IMG/VR virus record: IMGVR_UViG_3300000976_000009
Span: 205,151-269,150 of that record
Length of the DNA: 64,000 nt
Reading direction: 5' to 3' (one strand)
From: a virus
Position 1 is the first letter of the stretch; every line of letters starts with the position of its first letter. Made by a program: the position numbers and the translations under genes. This document shows positions 52,778 to 63,372 of this stretch, one piece after another. The notes beneath the pieces were generated by a model. The model made no database searches and was not told where the DNA came from. It was given only the letters and a program-made list of their open reading frames with translations.

Positions 52778-54059
52778 TAACAAGATTCTATGATGAAAGG
52801 GCACGATTGAAATATTGTGTCAGATTATTAAACACTAGATATGCACTAATTGAAAGAACCTATATGGGTACTTCTTATAGTGAGTGGAAGACTCGTGGGT
52901 ATCATAGTGAAGAAGATGGTGCCAATTCATTACTTAGACAAATTAAGGATAAATATACTTATGAGTTTAATGAACAAGGTGAACAAATTTATTGTAAAAA
53001 TAATGAAAATGGTAGTTGGTTCAGAAAAACTTTTGATGGATTTGGTAATTGGGTTGGATTCGAAAGGTCATCTGGTATTTCTAAATCTTTTGGTAATGAT
53101 TATAGTTATGATATTAGATTTTGGAAAATAACTTATAAGAATGGTATCTTAATGACATATGAGGATTCAGATGGTAATTGGTGGGATAAGAATGTCCTAC
53201 CAATGGATTCACCACCATATGAACCAATTCGAATTGGTAATGGTAACCAATTATGGTTTCCAGAACCACCAAATGAAGGTACACAATTAAAATTAGATTT
53301 AGAATTTTCTTAAAATATTCTTTACATTGAAGGTGCTTAAAGTATCTTCTTTGTATGAATAATACTATTAAAGAATTAGTACATCAATATCTAGATAACA
53401 CATATAAATTAGAAATTGCAACACTTTCTGATTATATGGTGATATTAAAATTTAGTAATAGGCGTGTTCCTATTACTACAATGTATGAAGATATTATTGA
53501 AATATTTAATCTTCATCCATACAACTGTCGTGAGTATTTTAATACATGGATTGATTCAGCTTCATTAAAGTTAAACAATGATTCAGTTGATGACTTATAT
53601 GAAAAATATGCTAAATCTAGGGGTTTAACAATTTTACATAATGGATAAGGATATGTTTGATATAGTATATCGTTATTTAGATGTTGAGTACAATATAAAT
53701 TTCCCAAACCTTGAAGGGTTATATGATTCTAGGAACTCGATTCAAAAAGATAAAATAATTACATCTAGTTCTGGTGAAGAACAATTGTCTGAATTAATCT
53801 TAGAAATTGAACTTGGATTTAATATTTCCAGAGATGATGCCTTTTGGGTAATGCATGATTGGTTAATTACTAAAATAAATAAACACATTAATAGTGGTGG
53901 TAATGATGTTGCTGAATCTAATTTAAAATATTTACTTGGGTGGTTCACTCAAATGGTATAATCACAGGTACACATTTGTGTATACAGTCTTTTTTCATTG
54001 TAGTTTTGGTTGTATTTTATTAAGTTTCTATATATTTATAGTATATAAGAATTGAAGTT

Positions 54060-54389
54060 ATGAAAGATTTTATAAAGAATAAATTAGCAGAGGCAAGAGA
54101 CTCTAAACCTAAAGAGACTGAGGCACCAGATAGTGGTGGGTCTCAATATGATAAGATTCAAGCATTACTTGGTAATGAAATCTTTAATCATTCTGAAATA
54201 ATCAGAAAACTTTGGAAGAAGGATGATGCAACTGCTAGGTCTCTTTTTAAAAAGAAACTTGATAGAGCAACCAATGATACTGGAAGTGTCTATTCTTTTG
54301 ATGAAGGTGAACTAACCAGAATCGCAACAATACTTATGAACACCTCTACCGAGATACGTAAACAAATTGGTAAACAAGGTAAAGGGTAA
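54060..54389 (+). CDS. hypothetical protein
   Basis: ORF preceded by ATATTTAT and followed by a terminator at 54403-54428. Confidence 0.6.
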   Translation: MKDFIKNKLAEARDSKPKETEAPDSGGSQYDKIQALLGNEIFNHSEIIRKLWKKDDATARSLFKKKLDRATNDTGSVYSFDEGELTRIATILMNTSTEIRKQIGKQGKG

Positions 54390-54519
54390 ACACATTAATA
54401 ATAAAGCTTCCACAAGGAGGCTTTTTTTGTGTAATACCATTACACAAAAGCGTAACCTACAAAGGTATGAATTATTTGTGTGAATTCCTAATTTATTATA
54501 AATTATTTTACTTAAGTTA

Positions 54520-54864
54520 TTAACAATCGCTATGTTCTTCACAATGGCAATTAGCACACAGTAAGATACATTTAGTTAATTCCTCTTTCATTCTCACCCA
54601 ACTAATGTCTTTAAATTTTTTATTATAAAAATCTTTATCCTTTTCTTTTGGGTCAATGTGATGGAATTGTAATGCTCCGTAACACTTATCATATCCACAA
54701 TGTTGACAACAACCACCCATATGTTCAATGGCTCTAATCCTTTTATTTTGTCTATGTCTAACAACATTATTACTCCTACATTCTTTACAAATCCATTTAC
54801 CTTGTGAATTCAATAAATATTCAGTTTCACCATGTTTTTTACACTCTTTAATTTTTGTTTCCAT
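54520..54864 (-). mobile_element. HNH endonuclease
   Basis: CQHCGY, LQFHHIDP, LLCANCH; ATG at 54864 follows the ATATTTAT motif. Confidence 0.85.
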
Positions 54865-55183
54865 ATTAATAAATATATGGTTATTACAAAAAGTGTTAAT
54901 AACTTTCACGATTAGGTATATTTCTCCCTATTCAAAAATATCATATTTTCAAACAGCATAATTTTGTGGAACGCACAAAACCCCATACTAGGCTAATACC
55001 TTGCATGAGGTTACATCATTGTTTTGTGGTCTATGGTTAGTAGACCTAGTTTATTGGTTTGGTACAAATATAAGTATAATAATTCATTCCACCAAATAAA
55101 ATATGAAAATAAAGTTTTTTTAATAAATTAGGAATAACCAAATAAATATATTATATTTGCTATATCATTAAAAACCAACTCTT

Positions 55184-55867
55184 ATGATTAAAGATAGAGC
55201 ATTAAAAGCTTTAAATTTAGAGCAATACAAAGACACTAATAGACCAGAATGGGTCGGGGAGATAGATTTGAAGCTACCTAGTGAAAGGCAATACATATTA
55301 CGTATGCTAATTAAAAGACCGTTTGGTGAGTGTAAATTACCCAAAGAATTGGAATGGTGTAAGCCAATGGTTGATAAAGCTTTTAATACTCAATTAAAAA
55401 TGGGTATAAGACAACCATTTTGTTATCTAACAATAAGGAATGGGTTGGTTGATAGTGAAACTGATGACGAATGGCACGTTGATGGTTTTAGTCAGACAAT
55501 TACACATTTACCAGAACAAAATTATATTTGGGTAGATAATAATCCTACTGAGTTTATTGTTAAAGAAATTGATATTCCATACGATTTCGATTCTTCTAAA
55601 CACAACATTCATTATTTTATTGATGATAACATAACAGAAAATGATGTTGTTAAAACAATGAATGAGAAGACAATTTATTGTTTAGACCCATATGTTATTC
55701 ATAGGAGACCTAAATTGACAAAAGGCACACAAAGATGTTTTATTAGGGTGTCCTTTACTCCAATTGAGATTGAAGATTGTAATAACACAATTAACCCATT
55801 GATTTCAACAAACTATAAGAGAGATGGTGTTAAGTCATTTAGAAAAAACTTAATTCAATATAAATAA
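55184..55867 (+). CDS. putative 2OG-Fe(II) dioxygenase-like protein
   Basis: WHVDG...HRRP...RCFIRVSF (HxD...H...R pattern). Confidence 0.55.
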   Translation: MIKDRALKALNLEQYKDTNRPEWVGEIDLKLPSERQYILRMLIKRPFGECKLPKELEWCKPMVDKAFNTQLKMGIRQPFCYLTIRNGLVDSETDDEWHVDGFSQTITHLPEQNYIWVDNNPTEFIVKEIDIPYDFDSSKHNIHYFIDDNITENDVVKTMNEKTIYCLDPYVIHRRPKLTKGTQRCFIRVSFTPIEIEDCNNTINPLISTNYKRDGVKSFRKNLIQYK

Positions 55868-55901
55868 TTGATAAATTATTTGGTCAATCCAAATAAATGT
55901 A

Positions 55902-55934
55902 TTATATTTGTATCAGTCATTAATTAAAACCAAA
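55902..55934 (+). repeat. 33-nt promoter/5'UTR module, identical copy at 63753-63785
   Basis: ttatatttgtatcagtcattaattaaaaccaaa. Confidence 0.9.
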
Positions 55935-55938
55935 TATT

Positions 55939-56400
55939 ATGAGAGGAATGTCAGAAGCTAATAAAGCAAATTACAAGAGTAAATGTCAAAAGATTAAAGT
56001 AGTTGTTTATGATATGGATAAAGTAGTTGCTGATTTAACAAAGCAACTAAATGAAATGCCAGAACATAAAGATAAAGAATTTCAACTTAGAGATAACAAA
56101 TTAGCTCGTGTTGTTGGTCAAGATATGATTACTGACAATGAGTGTTGTTATTATGATAAGATTGATAAAGGCTTTGAACTTGATGTATACCGTAAGTCTA
56201 AAGAAAAGGTTGACCCAGAAACTGGGAAAAAAACTACTTCATTTTATATGTACCCAACTTGTACAGTAACACTTTCTGAGTCAGATTTGAAAGAGTACAT
56301 TAAAGAAGAAACAACATTAGATGTTTTTATGGGTAGTAGATTTATTTACAACCAAAGAATTGTTGGGAATATTGATTTCATGATTTCAAACATTAAATAA
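55939..56400 (+). CDS. hypothetical protein, first gene of the SufC operon
   Basis: ORF directly after a TAnnTTTG promoter; 1 nt from the next gene. Confidence 0.65.
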   Translation: MRGMSEANKANYKSKCQKIKVVVYDMDKVVADLTKQLNEMPEHKDKEFQLRDNKLARVVGQDMITDNECCYYDKIDKGFELDVYRKSKEKVDPETGKKTTSFYMYPTCTVTLSESDLKEYIKEETTLDVFMGSRFIYNQRIVGNIDFMISNIK

Positions 56401-56401
56401 G

Positions 56402-57331
56402 ATGGGAATATTTGAAGGATTTAATTTATTTAAAAAACGTAATTTGGAATCTGAATATATGCCAGATTCAAAAGATATTGATTTTTTAAATAAGGTTGTA
56501 AAGTTTAATAAGAAAAAAGACCTTAGTACAGAAAACCTTGATAGGTTAGCTGAAATAGAAGGTAATGTGAATGAAATATTAGAATATAATTCTAATATTT
56601 ATGACGAATTTGATTGTAAAGATGATGATTATCGTCTAATTAGATTACCAGATACAATAACTGATTTACTTAAAGAAGCACAAGATTCAGTTGGTGTTTT
56701 AATTGAAGGTGGTGTTAGGAATTACCGAAAGAAAATGATTGTTGAGGGGATGTCTAGGTCACCATTTCATAATTTCGTTAATAGTCAGTCTGAATTAATG
56801 TTGTATTTTCCAGAAGACTATAACCGAAAGCTTAAACCAAAAGGCAATTGGATTATGATTACTGAGGACATTGCTGTAGTATCTGCACCAAAAAAATATG
56901 ATATACATTTTGCTACCCCAGTAGCAAAAGACTGTATTGCATTTGGTTATAAGGTAAAGAGATGGTATGCTAGTATTCTCGTTAATAATAAAGAAGTTTT
57001 AATTGAACCTAGAGAATATACACCAATTTATGATGCTAATGCATTATTACAAGCTGTTGATAAAGGTATTACATTAGTTGAGGGTTCAAGTTCAGCTAGA
57101 TTAGATAAAAATAAAGTATTTTATTTGAAGTCTAGAGGATTCTCCCAAACTGAAATATACCAAATTCTATTTAAGTCAATTACTAATAAAGGGTTTTGTC
57201 ACTTTAGATGTGACCCAGAGTATGCAAATGCATTTGATAGGGTGAAAATGGGTTTCAAACCAGAATTAGCTTTTAAGATTGAAGAGCATTTAAATAATTT
57301 ACCAAACTTCAAATTTCAAAAACCATGTTAA
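56402..57331 (+). CDS. protein with SufB/SufD-like C-terminal helices and an unrecognised N-terminus
   Basis: GSSSARLDKNKVFYLKSRGFSQTEIYQIL resembles the SufB/D LFYLxSRG motif. Confidence 0.6.
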   Translation: MGIFEGFNLFKKRNLESEYMPDSKDIDFLNKVVKFNKKKDLSTENLDRLAEIEGNVNEILEYNSNIYDEFDCKDDDYRLIRLPDTITDLLKEAQDSVGVLIEGGVRNYRKKMIVEGMSRSPFHNFVNSQSELMLYFPEDYNRKLKPKGNWIMITEDIAVVSAPKKYDIHFATPVAKDCIAFGYKVKRWYASILVNNKEVLIEPREYTPIYDANALLQAVDKGITLVEGSSSARLDKNKVFYLKSRGFSQTEIYQILFKSITNKGFCHFRCDPEYANAFDRVKMGFKPELAFKIEEHLNNLPNFKFQKPC

Positions 57332-58053
57332 GTATAAAAAATTTACATACTAGTGTTAAAAAAGAAGCCATTTTAAAAGGCATTGACCTTGAAGTTGGTG
57401 GTGGAGAAGTTCATGCAATTATGGGAAAAAATGGTTGTGGTAAGTCAACACTACTTAGTTCAATTATGGGTTCTGAAATATACAAGACTAAAGGTAGTAT
57501 AGTATTTAATGGTGATGAAATACAAAATATGGATACAACATTAAGAGCTAGGCAAGGTATTTTTCTAACATTTCAAACCCCATATGAGTTTTTTGAAGCT
57601 AGAACTATTGATATTCTAACTAGAGTATGGAATATTAATAAAAAAACAAAAGGAACACCAGAAGAATTTTACGAAGCCCATAAAGATTTATTAACTCTTT
57701 TGGATATTGATATGGAAATGCTAAAACGTGAATTTAATGTTGGGTTTTCTGGTGGGCAGCGTAAACGATTAGAAGTTTTACAACTACTTTTGACTGAACC
57801 TAAATTAATTCTACTAGATGAGATTGATACTGGGCTAGATGTTGATAGTGTAATTGCCATTGGTAAGACACTAGCGAAGTACCAAAAAGAAAAGAATGCA
57901 ACAGTTCTAATTGTCACCCATTTGTCTACATTCCTAAAATACTTAGCACCAGATAAAGTTCATGTGATTGATGATGGAAAAGTTGTTAAGTCGGGAGATG
58001 GAACGTTAGCAAAAAAGATTACAGAAGAAGGTTATTCATTTATATTGAAATAA
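57325..58053 (+). CDS. sufC: SufC-like ABC ATPase
   Basis: GEVHAIMGKNGCGKST, NVGFSGGQRKR, LDEIDTGLDVD, PDKVHV. Confidence 0.9.
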   Translation: MLSIKNLHTSVKKEAILKGIDLEVGGGEVHAIMGKNGCGKSTLLSSIMGSEIYKTKGSIVFNGDEIQNMDTTLRARQGIFLTFQTPYEFFEARTIDILTRVWNINKKTKGTPEEFYEAHKDLLTLLDIDMEMLKREFNVGFSGGQRKRLEVLQLLLTEPKLILLDEIDTGLDVDSVIAIGKTLAKYQKEKNATVLIVTHLSTFLKYLAPDKVHVIDDGKVVKSGDGTLAKKITEEGYSFILK

Positions 58054-58340
58054 TGCCTAAGAAAGTGGTACATGAGATTGATGAGACAATAACATTTGCC
58101 TTACCAATTTACCCCCAACAATAATAAAATAACTTGAAACTGAATTTAAAAAACGTGAAGCTAAAATTAAAGCCGATTAGTAGCTGAACTCTTTTTAGAA
58201 AATTATTCAGAAGAGCTACACGTTCATCATATTAACGGCATTATAGATGATAATAGGGTCGATAATTTAGCTTGTATTACACCCGAAGAAAATATGAGAG
58301 CCAGATGTTGGCTCTCATTTAATTTAGAGGTGATTAAATA
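58053..58340 (+). pseudogene. decayed HNH endonuclease
   Basis: fragment reading ELHVHHINGIIDDNRVDNLACITPEEN near 58210-58293, with stops upstream. Confidence 0.7.
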
Positions 58341-60024
58341 GTGATGGTTTATCACCCGAAGAAATTTTTATCCAAATTAGAGAAAACTTATGATTTATTT
58401 GGATAATCCAAACCTTTTTTGTATATTTGTAGAATAAATTAATAAAAATACAATTCGATTAAATCATGCACATTTTTTTACCATTATTATTTCTAACACT
58501 AGCCATTTGGGGGGTTGTGTTAGGTATCAAAGGAGCTAACAAAGTCCAAGATGACGATTCAGCACTTAATTCATTACGTAAGAAATATGACCTTATTAGG
58601 AATGAGAACCTATTATCTGTTGATGCATTCAATAGATGGTTCAACGCACCCAAACCAAAACATATTTATGCTCATAGTGGTATTTTTGGTAGAACTGATA
58701 AACTAAGTGGTAGTCATTTTGTTGATTATGTGGCTAGTTTCGGATTACTACCATTAGAAGCACAAGCTTTTTATGATGAAAATTATAAAATATTTGTTAA
58801 ATTCCACAGAGAAGTAGAACAAGATTGGTTAACTAGAAATTAAGCGGATGTATAAGGGTAAAGTCGGTCAAATGACAATATTCGGTGAAGTTGAATTTAT
58901 TGATACCGAGACATACACTAAGAAGAATAGTAAACGTGACGAGTACATTTATGTAAGTGGTAAATATAAGGTAGTTGGTAATGAAGATATTATCGATTTA
59001 ACTCTGGAATTCTTCAATAAAGATTTAGCCAGACATAAAATTAATTAAAAAAACGAGACTATTATTTGGTAGTACCATAAATGTTTCTTATATTTGAGAT
59101 ATGAAATTAAACTTAAAAAACGCACTCATACCTTATAAGGTAGCTATTACAATTTTATTATTAGTAGTATTTGGATTATTGTACATAATTTTATTTAGTG
59201 AATCCAATAAACCGATACTAACCCCAACAGAAAATACTAGGGCAGAATTTAACGATACCACGTTCTTAATGCAAACTAGGTCTGCTGATGCAGTCATAAT
59301 GCAATTTGAGGTTACAGCAAAATTAACTGATGACCGAGATTTATTCAATGTTAAGAACATGATATATGAGGCAAGTATAATGAATAATGTCTTATATTTC
59401 TATAATGCAACAGTTGATGGTACAATAAATGACAAAGTTTGGCTACCCAACGCAACTATTAATAGTATGGCATTCGAACAGATGTTTATGGATTTAGTCG
59501 CTAAGAGAGATTCATTAAATGGATTTCCACTAGTTGGTAGTCAATTACCTGTTAATATTATAAAATAAACATGAAAATGTTTGGATAATTAATATATTGT
59601 TTTTATATTTGTACCATGAGCAAGAGTAAGAACCCAAAATATATAGCCGAAGGCAAAAGACGTATGAAAGTACGTAAAGATGCACGTAATGGTAATTACC
59701 GTAAATTATGTGCGGAAGCTAGTGAATTGGGTTGTACCTTAAGTGGTGTTAAATATGGTTATTGGGCTGACCCAAACAGTCCAACAGGTTATTCACAAAA
59801 ATGCTCTTACGAGGCTTATGGTACATGCCAATCACCTTGTAATGGTGATTGCTAATAAAATAAATATGACTAATAAATGCCCATTTTTATTACAAACGGC
59901 TAGAGATTATGATATGGAGTATCATGATGTAGAGAGAATTTATAAATTCTGGAATGATGAAGGTCTATTTTATGATAAACTTGAAGAGTTTATTAAAGAC
60001 AGACGTAATTCACATTAATTATAT

Positions 60025-60081
60025 TGCGTGGTAGCTTAGTGGTAGAGCTTTTTGCGAGTGGTTCGATTCCCTCCTACGCAA
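60025..60081 (+). ncRNA. 57-nt tRNA-like RNA with no anticodon arm
   Basis: tgcgtgg/ctacgca-A acceptor, TAGCTTAGTGGTAGAGC D-arm, 7-nt linker, GGTTCGATTCC T-loop. Confidence 0.75.
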
Positions 60082-60814
60082 CTAAAAACTAAATTATGAA
60101 ACAATTATTATTTGCTATTTTATTAACATTTGGATTAACAGCGATTGCTCAAGACACAATTAATCTTAGACCAAATACAGAACGTATTGCAATTCTTAAT
60201 GATACTAAAGATACACTTTATGTTGTATCTGAAATGTATGAAATGGTATTGGTTATGTGGGAATACCCAAAATATGATTTGGAACGCCCAACTATTGTTC
60301 CAGTTATTTCATTAACAGCATATAGGAAAGAATATTAATGTATCAGCCACAACTAAAACATAAGGCGACTCATGGAGGTTATCGTAAGAAACCAACTAAA
60401 GGACAAGTTAGTAGTTTAATGGATATGTACCAAGCTATAAGTAATATTAAACCAAAGCCTATTAAGAAACAAGTTTTAGTGCAACTAAAGTTGAATTTTT
60501 GATGAAACAATTAAAAGAACTATATAATAATATTAACAAAACTGATAAGTTAAAACTTAATCAAGCATTCAATATGAATGGTTGGGTTGTTATATTAAAT
60601 TATTTTGATGGTAGAATTGAAGTTGGAACTCATACTGATAAGCAATCGATTAATTCAACTAGTTGGAAAGGCTTTAAATTATCTAATATAAGATATGAGG
60701 ACATTGAAGAGTATGTCCATAAATGTACAAAAGGTGAATTGAAAAATAATTCACAAAAAATTCACAGAAGTCAGTATTTATTATTATCTTAGTGGTCAGT
60801 TAAAACATCAAAAT

Positions 60815-61537
60815 ATGATTATGAATCCAAATGAGTTAACACCCTTTAAATTTATATTATGGCGTATTAAAGATGAAATTAGAGAAATAAAGTTACGTTT
60901 AGATAATAAGTCATTTAAGAAAATTGCACCCAAAATTACAAAACCAAAAACAACTGTAGAATGCCTACAACAGTATGCTGAGAAGGTGGTCTTAGATTCA
61001 AATTTAAACCTAGAAAATGTTTTAGTACATAATGAAGGACAATTTGGTTTAGCGGGTCGTTCATATTCAACCATGACTGATACCATGAATGATGGTATTA
61101 AGTATGATTTCGAAACAACCCATGCATTTACACCATATATTATAGTACCCGAAATAACTGGTTGGTGGGAATTTCGAGCTTGGTTACATGAAGTAGGACA
61201 CCACAAGAATAAACATTACCGTGAGGTAATTAAGCCAATCTATATTCAAGAATATGAGGCTGAAATATATTGTATTAAAATGGCTAAATATTGTCCATAT
61301 GTTGATGAAATAATGCTTAAGAAAATTATTGATTCAGCTAAATGTTACTTATTTTCACATATGGAAACAGCTGTGGAAGATGGGGTAATTACAAAGTACA
61401 ATAAGATTCCTAAAAAAGTGCGTAAATTCATTGAAGAGAATACTGATGCTAAAGAAATATTACATAAAAAGTTAGTTGAAAAAGCACAGCGTGATTTGAA
61501 TAATTTTGGTAAAATATATGAGCAAATATTTGTATGA
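60815..61537 (+). CDS. HExxH zinc metallopeptidase-like protein
   Basis: WLHEVGHH...EYEAE. Confidence 0.6.
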   Translation: MIMNPNELTPFKFILWRIKDEIREIKLRLDNKSFKKIAPKITKPKTTVECLQQYAEKVVLDSNLNLENVLVHNEGQFGLAGRSYSTMTDTMNDGIKYDFETTHAFTPYIIVPEITGWWEFRAWLHEVGHHKNKHYREVIKPIYIQEYEAEIYCIKMAKYCPYVDEIMLKKIIDSAKCYLFSHMETAVEDGVITKYNKIPKKVRKFIEENTDAKEILHKKLVEKAQRDLNNFGKIYEQIFV

Positions 61538-62044
61538 GTAAAAACTGGACGAAAAATTGAGTTATGTTAGATAAGATAAAAAGATGGTTAGCGATTGAAA
61601 ACAAAAAACCATCAAATAGTGTATTATTTTGGAATGCAATGTATTATGTTACGTTAGGTATTAGTGCATTATTTAGTTTAGATTTGTTTTGGTTGTTATA
61701 TGGTATTAGCTCATTTTTAGCTATAGGTATATTATTTGATAACGATGAAAGTTTAAAAATTAACTATTGGGTTATGACCTCAATGCCAATACTATTCTTA
61801 GGTTTTGTGGGTGGAATTGCATTTATCATAATTTATCCATTTTATAAATTAGTGACTTGGATAAATAAATTACTTAATGGAAAAACTTGTTTAAGACATG
61901 ATTATAAAAGGATAACCGAAACACCACCAATGAGGGATTCAGATAATACAATTTGTTCTTTCGAAGTCACATATGAATGTCGGAAATGTAATAAAGAAAA
62001 GAAGGGTTGGTCTGATATGTATTTGGGTATGGAAATAATAATAG

Positions 62045-62341
62045 ATGAAGATGAAAAAGATTAAATATTGTATAGTATTAATTTTAGGATTAGTGTTAGT
62101 TGGATGTGGGTCTGATATGGAATACACCTACGATTTAACATACACAGATGGTACAGAAGAAACTGTAGTAACTAAAAGTAAGATGGACTTTGAGAGTGGT
62201 ACTGATTGCATTATAAGTACTGGTTGTGGTTGCGGTGGGACAGATGATAAGTATTGTGGTGTTCGAGCATTCAACCTAATTGGTGAACGTGAAGTTGGTA
62301 GTAAGACTGTTACTAAGTCCTATAAACCAGATGATTTTTAA
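62045..62341 (+). CDS. lipoprotein
   Basis: LVGC lipobox. Confidence 0.6.
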   Translation: MKMKKIKYCIVLILGLVLVGCGSDMEYTYDLTYTDGTEETVVTKSKMDFESGTDCIISTGCGCGGTDDKYCGVRAFNLIGEREVGSKTVTKSYKPDDF

Positions 62342-62898
62342 TGAAAACTGAAATAACATACACGTTGCATGGTACTAGAGATGGTGAACATTGGTTTCAA
62401 TTGGGTAAGGAACTTAAATCTAAGAAATTAGTTTTAGGGGCTTTAAAAAAAACCACATACCCACCAAACTATTCAGAATTTATTGAATTGAAATGGGTGA
62501 AGAATGTTAAGACCATTATGTCAAATGATGAAGAATTTACTGAGTATGAATAGACGAGATGCAAGGTTAGTGAGTGAAAATAATGACTTCACTAGGGGAG
62601 AACTACAAGATATGTTAGTCAAAGCCCTAGAGGTTATGCCTAAATCCTTTTGGAAGAAACCTTCACCCAATAAGTCATTTGATAATGGTTTCTATTTTAA
62701 TTTAGTATTATCTTGGGTTAATTATACCGAAGAAACTAAAGACGATAAAATGAGTTCAATTACTTCATTTAGAGTACTTCATAAATTTGGTGAAATGTCA
62801 CCTAGATATCCATTTGGATTGGTGAAGAAAACTAAATCTACTAGCATATTACATTCAGAAGAACCAAGTCTAATACTCAAAGATAAATACAAGAAAAA

Positions 62899-63372
62899 AT
62901 GAAACTGATTGAAATCGATGGTCTATTAAAAAGACCTATAGATATACAAGATGGTTATGCTGATGATAATAATATTAAATCATTTAAAGGTCGAACAATT
63001 GAAACAGATAAACCAATTGATGTATATCGTAACCTAAACAGAAAGGGTCAAATTTATTCAATTCGTCAAAGTGGTAAGGTTGTTGCCCATACGACTGCTA
63101 TTTGTATAAGACAAGCAGAATTTATTGTTAATAGTAGTGGTAAGGCTAGAGCCATAAAAACTATGCAAAGGAATGTACATGCATTCATTCGTGGTTTTTA
63201 TGATACAGATGGTATGGGAACAACAGCTAAAAGAAATGACTTACCAGTTATATTGACATATTCACCATTTTTAACAAAAGGGTTTCATAATAAGATTAGT
63301 GGTAATGAATTAAATGGTGCATTATTCTGTATTATTAATAGTGAGGGGGTTAAAGCTAGTTATACACATTAA
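62899..63372 (+). CDS. conserved phage protein of unknown function
   Basis: VYRNLN...YSIRQ.GKVVAH, RNVHAFIRG. Confidence 0.6.
   Translation: MKLIEIDGLLKRPIDIQDGYADDNNIKSFKGRTIETDKPIDVYRNLNRKGQIYSIRQSGKVVAHTTAICIRQAEFIVNSSGKARAIKTMQRNVHAFIRGFYDTDGMGTTAKRNDLPVILTYSPFLTKGFHNKISGNELNGALFCIINSEGVKASYTH

Noticed and set aside
4615-62127. Numerous minus-strand ORFs nested in plus-strand genes
   Set aside because: Antisense shadows of well-supported CDSs; only the two HNH genes look real on the minus strand
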